64,000 bases of DNA. Origin: Candidatus Marinacidobacterium sp. (GTDB lineage: Bacteria > Acidobacteriota > Vicinamibacteria > Marinacidobacterales > Marinacidobacteraceae). This document shows, piece by piece, positions 20,416-31,924 of this stretch. A program made the translations under genes and the position numbers. The notes below the pieces were generated by a model, which made no database searches, was not told the origin of the DNA, and saw nothing but the letters and a program-made list of their open reading frames with translations. Where the stretch lies: positions 320,001-384,000 of the forward strand of contig OZ244852.1 of assembly GCA_965220965.1 (NCBI GenBank), written 5' to 3'. Numbering within the stretch: the stretch's first letter is position 1; every line of letters begins with the position of its first letter.

Positions 20416-20426
20416 GCGGTCCGCTC

Positions 20427-21536
20427 TCAGCCGTCCGGCGCCTGGGCGGCCAGGCGCTCGCTCTGCTCCCTGGCCCGGAGCGGTTCGATCAGCGGATCCA
20501 GCTCTCCCCGGAGCACGGCCGGCAGCGAGTGGAGGGTGAGCGAGATCCGATGGTCGGTGATCCGGTTCTCCTTGAAGTTGTAGGTGCGGATCTTCTCGCT
20601 TCGATCCCCGCGCCCGACCTGCCCGCGGCGCGTCTCGGCGACCCGGTCGCGTTCCTGCTGGCGCGCGAGGTCGAAGAGGCGGGACTTCAGCACCCGCAGC
20701 GCCTTGGCCTTGTTCTTGACCTGGGACTTCTCGTCCTGACAGCTCACCACCAGCCCCGAGGGCAGGTGGGTGATGCGAACCGCCGAGTAGGTCGTATTGA
20801 CCGACTGCCCTCCCGGCCCCGACGAGCAGAAGGTGTCGATCCGCAGGTCCTTCGGCTCCAGGGTGACCTCCACGTCCTCGGCCTCCGGCAGGACCGCCAC
20901 CGTAACCGCCGAGGTGTGGATCCGTCCCGACGCCTCGGTGGCCGGCACCCGCTGAACCCGGTGGACTCCGCTCTCGAACTTGAGACGGCTGAACGCTCCC
21001 CGCCCCTCGATCACCGCGACGACCTCCTTCAGGCCTCCCACCGGCGTCTCCTGCGCCGAGACCACGTCGATGCGGTAGCCGCGCGACCTGCCGTACTGCT
21101 CGTACATCCGGAACACCTCGCGGGCGAAGAGCGCCGCCTCGTCACCCCCGGTCCCGGCGCGGACCTCCAGCAGCACGTTGCGTTCGTCGTCCGGGTCCTT
21201 CGGAACCAGCAGGCGCGCCAGCTCCCGCCCGAGCGCTTCGAGTTCGCTCCGGACGTCCTCCCCCTCCTCGGCGGCGAGCTCCCGAACGTCCGGATCGGGG
21301 TCCGCTTTGAGTTCCTCGGCGTCCGCCAGCCGTTCGTCGAGGCGTCGTTTGCGCTCGGCGGCCTCGATCAGCGGGCCGAGTTCCGAATGGGTTCGCGACA
21401 GCCGCCGGAGCTGCACGGGATCCGAAAGAACCTCGGGAGTCCCCAGCAGACCGGTCACCTCGTGGTACCGCGCCTCGGCGGCGGCGAGCGAGCGCTCCAT
21501 CCACGCCTCGGAAGCGGAGGAAAGGGTTCGGCTCAT
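20427..21536 (-). CDS. prfA: Peptide chain release factor 1
   Basis: [19 protein letters not shown] (PxT), [18 protein letters not shown]. Confidence 0.98.
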   Translation of the reverse strand: MSRTLSSASEAWMERSLAAAEARYHEVTGLLGTPEVLSDPVQLRRLSRTHSELGPLIEAAERKRRLDERLADAEELKADPDPDVRELAAEEGEDVRSELEALGRELARLLVPKDPDDERNVLLEVRAGTGGDEAALFAREVFRMYEQYGRSRGYRIDVVSAQETPVGGLKEVVAVIEGRGAFSRLKFESGVHRVQRVPATEASGRIHTSAVTVAVLPEAEDVEVTLEPKDLRIDTFCSSGPGGQSVNTTYSAVRITHLPSGLVVSCQDEKSQVKNKAKALRVLKSRLFDLARQQERDRVAETRRGQVGRGDRSEKIRTYNFKENRITDHRISLTLHSLPAVLRGELDPLIEPLRAREQSERLAAQAPDG

Positions 21537-21641
21537 CGTGGTTCGCGGAGAACGGGCGGCCGGATCCGCGAAGTCCCATCGCGACCGGCGGGACGCCCCG
21601 ACGATACGACATCCGGCCGGGGGGCCGGGATGGGGGGTGGA

Positions 21642-21881
21642 CTATTCGGCGGCGGCCGAACGCGAGGCCCGGCGGGAGCGGACTTCGCCGTACTTCTGGC
21701 GGAAGCGCTCGACGCGCCCGGTAGAGTCCACGATCCGCTGCTTGCCGGTGAAGAACGGGTGGCAGCTCGAGCAGATCTCCAGCCGGAGGTCGGTCTTGCG
21801 GGTCGAGCGGGTTTCGAACTTCGTCCCGCAGGCGCAGGTCACCTGGATCTCGTGGTATTCCGGGTGGATCTCGGCGCGCAT
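21642..21881 (-). CDS. rpmE: 50S ribosomal protein L31 (zinc-binding type)
   Basis: [25 protein letters not shown]. Confidence 0.97.
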   Translation of the reverse strand: MRAEIHPEYHEIQVTCACGTKFETRSTRKTDLRLEICSSCHPFFTGKQRIVDSTGRVERFRQKYGEVRSRRASRSAAAE

Positions 21882-21912
21882 GGCGGCGGGGAGTCTAACG
21901 ATTCCTGGGCAG

Positions 21913-23261
<1,349 letters not shown>

Positions 23262-23271
<10 letters not shown>

Positions 23272-23975
23272 GCCCGCACTTCGTCACCGATGAGACGCCG
23301 CACTCCGCCGATTCCGGAGCGCGCCGGGCCAACCAGCTTGCGGGTCCCGTCCCGGGTCGAGCAGGCGATCACCGGCGCGTCTCCGCCGCCGTACGCCGCC
23401 TCCAGGAGCCGGATGCGTCGGGACGCCTCCGAGCGCCGCAGCTTGTCCATCTTCATCGCCACCACCGCCACCCGGCGACCCGTCCCCCGCAACAGATCGA
23501 ACGCCCGGCGATCCATCGGAAGCGGATCGCGCCGGGGGTCCACCAGCAGGAGGTTCAGCGCCAGGCAATCGCGGCCGGTGAGGTAGGCGAGGATCAGACC
23601 CTCCCAGGTGGCCCGCAGGTCGCCCGCGACCCGGGCGAAACCGTAGCCGGGCAGGTCCACGAAGCGGTGACTCGATCCGATCTGGAAGAAGTTCAGCGTG
23701 CGAGTGCGACCGGGAGTGCGCGAGACATGGGCGAGACCGCGACGTCCGGCGAGCCGGTTCAGCAGGCTCGACTTGCCCACGTTGGACCGGCCCACGAATG
23801 CGACTTCGGGAAGCGTAGGCGGCGGGAAACCGTCGGGCGAGGAGGCGCTCCCGAGGAAGGAGACCACATCGACCTTCGGCCTCTTCCGCTGAGCAGCCTG
23901 CTCCGTCCCTGGAAGCGGAACCCCGGCCGCATCATCCGGCCCCGGACCGGGGTGTCGGCCGGACCCGTTCGGCAT
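23262..23975 (-). CDS. engB: Ribosome biogenesis GTPase YihA/YsxC
   Basis: GRSNVGKSSL, TPGRT, DLPGYG, KMDKL; start approximate. Confidence 0.93.
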
Positions 23976-24016
23976 GCGGAGTTCGGGCGGGGAGGAGGGG
24001 CTAGCCCGGACGCCGG

Positions 24017-25342
24017 TCAGCCGGCCTTCTGGGAGAGGATGGTGACCGGGGCCGAGCCGCCGACCACGAACTCGCGGGTGATGACGACTTCCTGGATCTC
24101 CTTGCGGGAGGGCAGGTCGTACATGAGATCGAGCATCAGATCCTCGATGATCATCCGGAGCCCGCGGGCGCCGAGGTCCCGCTCCGCGGCGCGGCGGGCG
24201 ATTTCCGCGAGGGCGTCGTCGGTGAACCGCAGCTCGACTCCCTCCTCGCGGAGCAGAGCCTGGTACTGCTTCACGATCGCGTTCTTCGGCTCGGTCATGA
24301 TCCGGACGAGCTCGGCCTGGCCCAGATGCCTGAGGCCGGCGACGACCGGGAGGCGTCCCACGAACTCGGGAATCAGGCCGTAGCGGATGAAGTCGGTGGG
24401 CTGGACCAGGTGCAGGGTGGCGGCGCGCCGCGCCCGCGCGCTGTCCGGGACCTCGGCGCCGAATCCCAGCGCGCGGCGGCCGACGCGGCGCTCGATGATG
24501 GACTCCAGCCCGACGAAGGCCCCTCCGCAAACGAACAGGATGTTGGCCGTGTCGATCTGATGGAACTCCTGGTGCGGATGCTTCCGGCCCCCCTGTGGCG
24601 GCACGCTGGCCACCGTTCCCTCGATGATCTTCAGGAGCGCCTGCTGCACGCCCTCGCCGGATACGTCCCGGGTGATCGAAGGGTTCTCGTCCTTCCGGCA
24701 GACCTTGTCGATCTCGTCCACGTAGATGATGCCCTCCTGGGCGCGGGCGATGTCGTCGTCCGCCGCCTGGAGCAGCTTGAGCAGGATGTTCTCCACGTCC
24801 TCGCCGACATACCCCGCCTCGGTGAGCGTCGTGGCGTCCACGATCGTGAACGGCACGTCCAGAATCCGCGCGAGGGTCTGGGCGAGCAGCGTCTTGCCGG
24901 AGCCCGTCTCGCCGACGAGGAGCACGTTGCTCTTCGTGAGCTCGACGCCGTCCGGCCCGTCGCCGTCACCGCGTCGCAGACGGATCCGCTTGCCGTGGTT
25001 GTAGACGGCCACCGCCAGCTTCTTCTTCGCCTCCTCCTGCCCGATGACGTAGTCGTCCAGACGCGATTTGATCTGCTCGGGCGTGAGGTCCGGGCGGCGG
25101 GGCTTCGCCGGGCGACCGGCGGCGCTTCGCGGCGAGCGGGCCCGCTCGGCGATGATGTCGTTGCAGATCGCCACGCATTCGTCGCAGATGAAGATCCGCC
25201 CGGGGCCGGCGATCAGGACCACCGAGCCCTGCTGCTTGTTACAGAACGAACAGGTCAGCGTCCGGTCGGAGCCCCCGCGGCCCGAGCCCTTGCCCCCGCC
25301 GGACGCGGTCGGAGTCCTGGGAGGCTGCTTGCCGCTCGTCAT
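24017..25342 (-). CDS. clpX: ATP-dependent Clp protease ATP-binding subunit
   Basis: CSFC zinc finger, [26 protein letters not shown] loop. Confidence 0.98.
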   Translation of the reverse strand: MTSGKQPPRTPTASGGGKGSGRGGSDRTLTCSFCNKQQGSVVLIAGPGRIFICDECVAICNDIIAERARSPRSAAGRPAKPRRPDLTPEQIKSRLDDYVIGQEEAKKKLAVAVYNHGKRIRLRRGDGDGPDGVELTKSNVLLVGETGSGKTLLAQTLARILDVPFTIVDATTLTEAGYVGEDVENILLKLLQAADDDIARAQEGIIYVDEIDKVCRKDENPSITRDVSGEGVQQALLKIIEGTVASVPPQGGRKHPHQEFHQIDTANILFVCGGAFVGLESIIERRVGRRALGFGAEVPDSARARRAATLHLVQPTDFIRYGLIPEFVGRLPVVAGLRHLGQAELVRIMTEPKNAIVKQYQALLREEGVELRFTDDALAEIARRAAERDLGARGLRMIIEDLMLDLMYDLPSRKEIQEVVITREFVVGGSAPVTILSQKAG

Positions 25343-25513
25343 GGGGCCGGAAAGGGCCGTCCGGCCGGGACCGGACCCGCAACACCGCGACCGGGGGCCG
25401 CGACCCGCCCTTCACTCACGGGAAATTCTAGCCAGCGGACGGTCGCCGGCGGGTCGTCGGAGCCGGGCGCCAGGACATCGGCGGTGTGGGGAATCGGCGG
25501 TGTGGGGAATCGG

Positions 25514-26131
25514 CTATGTCCGTCGCTCGATGATCGAGTCCACCAGGCCGTAGTCCCGGGCTTCCTCCGCCGTCATGAAGCGGTCGCGTTCGATGTCGGT
25601 GGCGATCCGCTTGGCTGTCTTCCCGGTGTGGCGGGCGAGGATGTCCACGAGCCGGGAGCGCACCCGGACGATTTCGTTGGCGCGGATCTGGAGGTCGGTG
25701 GCCTGTCCCTGGATCCCGCCCAGCGGCTGATGGATCATCACGGTGGAGTTCGGGAGCGCGAAGCGCTTTCCCGCGGCGCCCGCGGCGAGCAGGATCGCGG
25801 CCATGCTGGAGGCCTGCCCCAGGCAGTAGGTCGTGACGTCGGGCCGGATGAACTGGAGCGTGTCGTAGATCGCGAGCCCGGCGTCCACCTCACCCCCCGG
25901 CGAGTTGATGTAGAGCGAAATCTCCTTCTCCGGATCCTCGGATTCGAGGAACAGGAGCTGCGCGACGACCGCGTTCGCGAGGGCGTCGGTGATCGGCTGT
26001 CCGATGAAGACGATGTTGTCGCGCAGCAGGCGCGAGTAGATGTCGTAGGCCCGCTCGCCGCGTCCCGTCTGTTCCACGACGATCGGGATCTGGACATAGC
26101 TCTGGGCGGGAGTCGATCGGTTTCGGGTCAT
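25514..26131 (-). CDS. clpP: Clp protease proteolytic subunit
   Basis: [27 protein letters not shown]. Confidence 0.97.
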   Translation of the reverse strand: MTRNRSTPAQSYVQIPIVVEQTGRGERAYDIYSRLLRDNIVFIGQPITDALANAVVAQLLFLESEDPEKEISLYINSPGGEVDAGLAIYDTLQFIRPDVTTYCLGQASSMAAILLAAGAAGKRFALPNSTVMIHQPLGGIQGQATDLQIRANEIVRVRSRLVDILARHTGKTAKRIATDIERDRFMTAEEARDYGLVDSIIERRT

Positions 26132-26219
26132 CGCGGGTTGTTCCTGGGCGGCCCACCGGACGGGCGGCGGGATGGGAGCTTCCACCGGAAGCGCCTCCGG
26201 TCCTCTCGCAGACGGGGCT

Positions 26220-27596
26220 TCACTGCGCCTCGGCGTCGGCCTGTTCCAGCAGGTAGTCGAGAGCCGCCTTCCGGGTTTCGACCGCGCGGAGCTGCTCCAG
26301 TTCGCCGCTGTCCTCGAGGGCGGCGCGGAGCGCCACCGGCGTCTTGCTGGCGCTGGCGGCCAGTTCGGCGATCCGCTCCTCGATGCGGGCCTCGGGGACT
26401 TCGATCTCCTGCTGCCGGGCGACCGCATCCAGCAGGATGCTCATGGCGACGCGCCGCTCGCTCCGGGTCTGGATTCCGGGCAACAGCGAGCGGACCTGCT
26501 GCTCGGCTTCCTCGGGTTTCATTCCGGCCTTCCGGCAGAACTCGGCGGCGCGGCGGACTTCCGCCTCGACCTCGCCGCGAACCAGCGCCCTCGGCGCTTC
26601 CACCGTGTTGCGCTGCAGCAGGGCCTCCACCACATCGTCGTGGAATCGCTGTTCCCGCTCCTCCCGGGCCCTCTGCTGAAGGCGGTCCCGCACGTCGCCG
26701 CGCAGCGCAAGGAGCGACTTGGCGCCCACCGCCTGGGCGAGGTCGTCATCGAGGCGGGGAAGCGGGCGCTCGAAGACCTCCTTCACCCGGAAAGCGATGC
26801 GCCGCCGTTTGGCGGCCGGGTTGGCGTCGGCGGAGGCCGCCGGGCCGGTTCCCACGGTGGCCACCGCGGTGTCCCCCTGCCGGATCCCCTGGAGGGACTC
26901 GTTCAGCGCCGGCGGCGCCTGGTTGCGCCCCACCTGGAACACGACGTCCTCGCGCTGCACCGGCGCGGCGGCGGCGTCATCCGGATCGGTCTCCTCCACA
27001 TCGCCGCGAACGAAGTCTCCGTCGCGCGCCCCGCGGTCGGTCACCGGCCGCGGAGACGCCTTCTGCTCCCGGATCTGCTCCAGCGTCTGGAGGATCTGCG
27101 CCTCCTCGACCGGGATGTCGCGGCGCTTGACCTCGATGTCCGCGAAGTCCACCTGGCCGATATCGGGCCAGACCTCGAAGGCGACCTTGAGCTGGAGCGG
27201 CTGACCGCGTTCGAAGGCCGGCTCCCCCTCGGGCGCCGGGGGCGCGAGCGGGCTCGCCCCGAGATCCCGAAGGCACTCCCGCGTCGCCCGGCTGACGAGG
27301 GACCACCCGACGTCCTCGGCCACCTGGGGTCCGAATCGTTGTTCGATCCGGTCCCGAGGCGCCTTGCCCTTGCGGAATCCGGGGAAGCGCGCCGTCCGGC
27401 GGATGCGGCGCAGTTCGGCCTGGACTTCGTCCTCGAAGATGGCCGCCGGGATCGTGATGTCCAGGATGCGGGTCGACTGACCGCGCTCCTCCACCTCGAA
27501 GCGCAGCCCCGGGATCCCGTCGGGCGCATTCCCCGCGCCCGGGCGCGACGCCGTCTCCGGTTCCGGTTCGGCGGGGGGGGTGGGGGCGGCGCTCAC
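26220..27596 (-). CDS. tig: Trigger factor
   Basis: PGFRKGKAP signature; tRNA-Leu-tig-clpP-clpX context; start approximate. Confidence 0.92.
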   Translation of the reverse strand: MSAAPTPPAEPEPETASRPGAGNAPDGIPGLRFEVEERGQSTRILDITIPAAIFEDEVQAELRRIRRTARFPGFRKGKAPRDRIEQRFGPQVAEDVGWSLVSRATRECLRDLGASPLAPPAPEGEPAFERGQPLQLKVAFEVWPDIGQVDFADIEVKRRDIPVEEAQILQTLEQIREQKASPRPVTDRGARDGDFVRGDVEETDPDDAAAAPVQREDVVFQVGRNQAPPALNESLQGIRQGDTAVATVGTGPAASADANPAAKRRRIAFRVKEVFERPLPRLDDDLAQAVGAKSLLALRGDVRDRLQQRAREEREQRFHDDVVEALLQRNTVEAPRALVRGEVEAEVRRAAEFCRKAGMKPEEAEQQVRSLLPGIQTRSERRVAMSILLDAVARQQEIEVPEARIEERIAELAASASKTPVALRAALEDSGELEQLRAVETRKAALDYLLEQADAEAQ

Positions 27597-27674
27597 GTGA
27601 CTTGATCTACCGGCTGCTGGCGCCCGCTCGCGCATGAGCGGACCCGGGAGCAGGGGAACGGGCGGGGTTCGCGC

Positions 27675-27759
27675 TGGTGCGAAAGGGGGGATTCGAACCC
27701 CCACGGGTCACCCCACCGGATCCTAAATCCGGCGCGTCTGCCAATTCCGCCACTTCCGC
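27675..27759 (-). tRNA. tRNA-Leu (anticodon TAG)
   Basis: GCGGAAGTGGCGGAATTGGCAGACGCG CCGGA TT-TAG-GA TCCGG, long variable arm, GGTTCGAATCC, ends CACCA. Confidence 0.96.
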
Positions 27760-27922
27760 AGCGCTGCGCAGTCCGCGTCGCGATCACCGGGGACGCGAGT
27801 GCGAACCGGCCCGGGTCAGGAATTCTACCCCGCAGGGAGCGGTCGGCCGGTCCGGGAAGCTCGCCGGCGCTCCCTATAATCGGCCGCGACCGCTCCGGCG
27901 CGGCCGCCAGTAGAGGTACCCC

Positions 27923-29542
27923 ATGAACGCGAAAAATCATCGACTTCCACGAATCGTCGCGCTCGTTCTCGTCACCTGCTCGACCTGGGTGGCGGGAGAC
28001 CGGGCGGCGGCCCAGGATCTCGAGGCGCTCCGGGGCGTCGCCGACCAGGGAGCGGCGGAGCGCGCCAAGCTTGTCCAGGTCATGGTGGACTCGGTCTTCA
28101 GCTTCGGAGAACTCGGGTTCCAGGAGGTCGAGACGTCGCGCTACCTCACCGGGGTCCTGCGCGACAACGGATTCGAGGTCGAGGAGGGGATCTCCGGCAT
28201 TCCGACCGCGTGGATGGCCCGTTGGGGGGAGGGTTCCCCGGTGATCGCGCTGGGGAGCGATCTCGACGGGATTCCCAGGGCCTCGCAGAAGCCGGGAGTC
28301 GCCTACCACGACCCGCTGGTCGAAGGAGCGCCGGGACACGGGGAAGGACACAACTCCGGGCAGGCGGTCATCATCGCCGGAGCGCTGGCGGCGAAGGAGA
28401 TCATGGAGCGTGACGGCATCCCGGGAACGATCGTGATCTGGCCCGGGGTGGCGGAAGAACTGGTCGCGACGAAGGCGTGGTTCGTACGGGACGGGTACTT
28501 CCGCGATGTCGATGTGTGCATCTTCACCCACGTCTCGTCGAGGTTCGGCGTGAGCTGGGGGCAGGGAGGCGGCAACGGCCTGGTGTCCGTCGAATACACG
28601 TTCACCGGCGAGCCGGCGCATTCGGCCGGGGCCCCCTGGCGCGGTCGGAGCGCGCTCGATGCGGTCGAGATCATGAACACCGGATGGAACTACAAGCGGG
28701 AGCACCTGCGTCTGCCGCACCGCTCCCATTACGTCATCACGAACGGCGGGGACCAGCCGAATGTGGTGCCGCAACTCGCGTCGGTCTGGTACTACTTCCG
28801 GGAGCTGGAACAGCCGGGGATGAAGGAGCTCTTCGACCTCGGGAACACGATGGCCGAGGCGGCCGCGATGATGACCTCCACCGAGGTCTCGTGGCGCGTC
28901 CTGGGTCACGCCTATCCGCGCCACTTCAACAAGCCGGTCGCGGAAGCGGTGTGGGCCAACATCGAGCGCGTCGGGCTTCCGGAATGGAGCGAAGCCGACC
29001 TGGCGCTGGCGCACGGCCTTCAGCGTGAACTCGGCGTGGAGGAGAGCGGGCTTCCCACCGAGCTCGGCGAAATGGGCGGTCCGGCGCGGGAGCCGCGGCT
29101 CGGCGGCGGATCCGACGACATCGGGGACATTTCGTGGAATGTCCCCACCGTGACGCTCCGCTTCCCGTCGAATATCCCCGGCGGCCCCGGTCATCACTGG
29201 GCGAACGGCGTCGCGATGGCGACGCCGATCGCTCACAAGGGAGCGGTGGCCGGCGCCCGGGTGATCGCGATGACGCTCATGGATCTCTTCCTCGATCCGG
29301 CGCTCGTTCCGGCGGCGCAGGAGTACTTCGCAGAGCAGACGAAGGACCATCAGTACACCCCGCTGATCGGTCCCGACGACCCACCGGCGATCCACCTCAA
29401 CCAGGAACGGATGGACGCCTTCCGGGAGGCGATGCGCCCGTTCTACTACGACCCGGACCGCTACGACAGTTACCTCGAGCAGCTCGGGATCGAATACCCG
29501 ACGGTGCGGGACTCCACAGGCGAGCCATCGCCGCAGCGCTGA
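27923..29542 (+). CDS. Exported M20-family amidohydrolase (AbgB-like)
   Basis: Signal peptide; ELGFQEVETS, GHGEGHNSG, AEE, AHSAGAPWRGRSALDAVE, GGSDDIGD; TATAAT upstream. Confidence 0.9.
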   Translation: MNAKNHRLPRIVALVLVTCSTWVAGDRAAAQDLEALRGVADQGAAERAKLVQVMVDSVFSFGELGFQEVETSRYLTGVLRDNGFEVEEGISGIPTAWMARWGEGSPVIALGSDLDGIPRASQKPGVAYHDPLVEGAPGHGEGHNSGQAVIIAGALAAKEIMERDGIPGTIVIWPGVAEELVATKAWFVRDGYFRDVDVCIFTHVSSRFGVSWGQGGGNGLVSVEYTFTGEPAHSAGAPWRGRSALDAVEIMNTGWNYKREHLRLPHRSHYVITNGGDQPNVVPQLASVWYYFRELEQPGMKELFDLGNTMAEAAAMMTSTEVSWRVLGHAYPRHFNKPVAEAVWANIERVGLPEWSEADLALAHGLQRELGVEESGLPTELGEMGGPAREPRLGGGSDDIGDISWNVPTVTLRFPSNIPGGPGHHWANGVAMATPIAHKGAVAGARVIAMTLMDLFLDPALVPAAQEYFAEQTKDHQYTPLIGPDDPPAIHLNQERMDAFREAMRPFYYDPDRYDSYLEQLGIEYPTVRDSTGEPSPQR

Positions 29543-29637
29543 ACTCCCCAAACCCCGCCTCGCTGACGGGCCCGACTCCAGGAGAACGGTTCGCCGGGGT
29601 TCTCCCGGCTCCCCGCCCCCGCTCTTCCGCGGCGCGC

Positions 29638-29724
29638 TGGTGCCGAAGCAGGGATTTGAACCCTGACACTCGCAAGGAGTACTGCGCCCTGAACGCAGCG
29701 CGTCTGCCGTTCCGCCACTTCGGC
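29638..29724 (-). tRNA. tRNA-Leu (anticodon CAG)
   Basis: GCCGAAGTGGCGGAACGGCAGACGCG CTGCG TT-CAG-GG CGCAG, long variable arm, GGTTCAAATCC, ends CACCA. Confidence 0.95.
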
Positions 29725-29743
29725 GCGTGCGGGCCGGTACCCT

Positions 29744-29927
29744 AGCAGCCCGTTGACGAAGTCGCGCGGCGTTCGAGCGGCGATGCATCCCGCCCGAACC
29801 ACGCCCCTTCGGGGCGCTCATCGTTGCGTTTCGCTCGGAATATTCCCGATATTCCTCGCTCACGCGCCTTGTCGGCCGGGCGCCTCACCGCTCTCGGCGC
29901 TGCACGCGACCTCATCAACGGACTGCT
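29744..29927. mobile_element. MITE-like palindromic element, copy 1
   Basis: Ends AGCAGCCCGTTGA ... TCAACGGACTGCT with CTAG at both junctions; near-identical to 61767-61950; no transposase. Confidence 0.8.
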
Positions 29928-29938
29928 AGCAGTCCGTC

Positions 29939-31924
29939 GTGCGTCGATTGCGGGGGGATCGCGCCGGCGGGCGGCGTCGGCGAGCCGCCGGTCGCGGGGA
30001 GCCTCCGGGGCGCGTTCCCCCGGTCCGGCGGGTCGTCCGGGGCCGGTTCACCGGCCGTCCCGAGGGGGACGGCTGGCTGGTTCCCCTCGGCGCCGGGTCC
30101 GACCCCCCCGAGGACCTCCACATCACGCGCGGGCGGCTCGGGGGCGTGCTTCCGGGCGACCTCGCCGAGGCCGAAGTCCTCTTCCGCACCCGCAGCGGAC
30201 GGCCCGAGGGAGAAGTCCTGCGGGTCCTCGAGCGCAGCGCCGGGCGGCTGGTGGGCGAACTGACGGCGGAGGGCTCGGTCGTCGTCTGGGATCCGCAGTG
30301 GTCCCGCGAGGTCCTGGTGTCCGCTGGCGGCGCGGCGGGCGCCCGCGCCGGAGACCTGGTCGAGGTGCGGATCCGCCCGTCTCCGGCGGGGGACGGCCCC
30401 ATCATGGGAGAGGTCCGGACCGTCTTCGGATCGAGTCACGACCCCGCAGCCGAGGTCGCCGCCGTCCTCGCCCGCCACGACATCCGGGACGCGTTCCCCC
30501 GGGAGGCGCTCGAGCAGGCCGACGCCGCTCCCTCGGCGGTCCGATCCCGGGACCTCGCCGGCCGGGAAGACCTGCGTTCGCGGCTGATCGTCACCCTGGA
30601 TCCTCCCGACGCGAAGGATCACGACGACGCGATCGAGGCGGCGCCGCGGCCGGACGGCGGTTTCCGGATCGGCGTTCACATCGCCGATGTGGGCCACTAC
30701 GTCCCTCCGGGCAGCCCGGTGGACCGGGAGGCGGCGCTCCGCGCCAACTCGGCGTACTTCCCCGAGCGCTCCGTTCCGATGCTCCCGCCGGCGCTCTCGT
30801 CCGGCATCTGCTCCCTGGTCGCCGGGCGCGACCGGCTCACACGGTCGGTCGAACTGGAGATCAGCGCCGAGGGGATCCTGGTGGACGCGCGCTGCTTCCG
30901 CGCCGTGATCGCGAGCGCGGCCCGGCTGGCTTACGGCGAGGGCGCCGCGTTCCTCGCCGGCGCCGGCGCCGGACCGATCGCTGACGCCGTCCGGACGATG
31001 GGGCGCGCCGCGGCGCTGCTCGCGGCCGCCCGCCGGCGGCGAGGCGCCGTCGACCTGGATCTGCCGGAGCCCGAACTGTGCTGTGACGAGCTCGGCCACC
31101 CGCTCGATGCCCGCTACGCGGAACGGACGGCGGCGCACCGGCTGGTCGAGGAGTTCATGCTCCTCGCCAACCAGGCGGTGGCCGAGCGGCTGCGGGCCGT
31201 CGGCGCCCCCGCGCTCCACCGCGTCCACCCTTCCCCCGCCGAGAGTCGCGTCCGGCAATTCGAAGACCTGCTGGGCGCCTTTGGCGAGCGCCTCCGCGCG
31301 CCGTCCGAGGCGCTCCGTCCGGGCCATTTCGCCCGGCTCGGCGACCGGATCGAGGGGCGGCCGGAGGTCCGCTTTCTCAGACGCCGGATGCTGCGCGCGA
31401 TGAAGCGCGCGGAGTATTCCCCGAGGGGCGAGGGGCACTTCGCCCTCGCGCTCCAGGACTACACCCACTTCACGTCTCCCATCCGCCGCTATCCGGACCT
31501 GATGGTTCATCGGGCCCTCGATGGAATCGCCACCGGGCCGATGAAGGCGGCCGCGTCGTCAGCCCCCGGGCTCGACGCGCTCGCCCGCCACTGCTCGGAG
31601 CGGGAGCGCGCGGCGGAGGCCGCCGAGACCGCGGTCGTGGAGCGGCGCCTCGCGCGCATGCTCCGGGGCCGGCTCGGCGATGCGTTCGCTGGCCGGGTCG
31701 CCGAAACCGGACGATTCGGGATGCGGATCGAACTGGAGGAGATCCCGGCGCGCGGCCTCGTTCCGCTCGCCCTGCTTGGGGAGGAGCGCTTTCGGTTCGA
31801 CCGCCGCGACTACGCGCTACGGTCGCGCGTCAGCGGGCGGAGCTTCCGGATCGGAGATCGCCTCGAGGCGCAGCTCGTCCGTGTCGACCCCCTCCGCGGC
31901 GGCCTCGAGTTCCGTCTCCTCTGA
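29939..31924 (+). CDS. rnr: Ribonuclease R (RNB family)
   Basis: TLDPPDAKDHDDA, VHIADVGHYV, YTHFTSPIRRYPDL, C-terminal S1 domain. Confidence 0.93.
   Translation: MRRLRGDRAGGRRRRAAGRGEPPGRVPPVRRVVRGRFTGRPEGDGWLVPLGAGSDPPEDLHITRGRLGGVLPGDLAEAEVLFRTRSGRPEGEVLRVLERSAGRLVGELTAEGSVVVWDPQWSREVLVSAGGAAGARAGDLVEVRIRPSPAGDGPIMGEVRTVFGSSHDPAAEVAAVLARHDIRDAFPREALEQADAAPSAVRSRDLAGREDLRSRLIVTLDPPDAKDHDDAIEAAPRPDGGFRIGVHIADVGHYVPPGSPVDREAALRANSAYFPERSVPMLPPALSSGICSLVAGRDRLTRSVELEISAEGILVDARCFRAVIASAARLAYGEGAAFLAGAGAGPIADAVRTMGRAAALLAAARRRRGAVDLDLPEPELCCDELGHPLDARYAERTAAHRLVEEFMLLANQAVAERLRAVGAPALHRVHPSPAESRVRQFEDLLGAFGERLRAPSEALRPGHFARLGDRIEGRPEVRFLRRRMLRAMKRAEYSPRGEGHFALALQDYTHFTSPIRRYPDLMVHRALDGIATGPMKAAASSAPGLDALARHCSERERAAEAAETAVVERRLARMLRGRLGDAFAGRVAETGRFGMRIELEEIPARGLVPLALLGEERFRFDRRDYALRSRVSGRSFRIGDRLEAQLVRVDPLRGGLEFRLL

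Noticed and set aside
27675-29724. Integrative element or prophage at tRNA-Leu
   Set aside because: No integrase and no truncated tRNA copy; both tRNAs are complete with different anticodons
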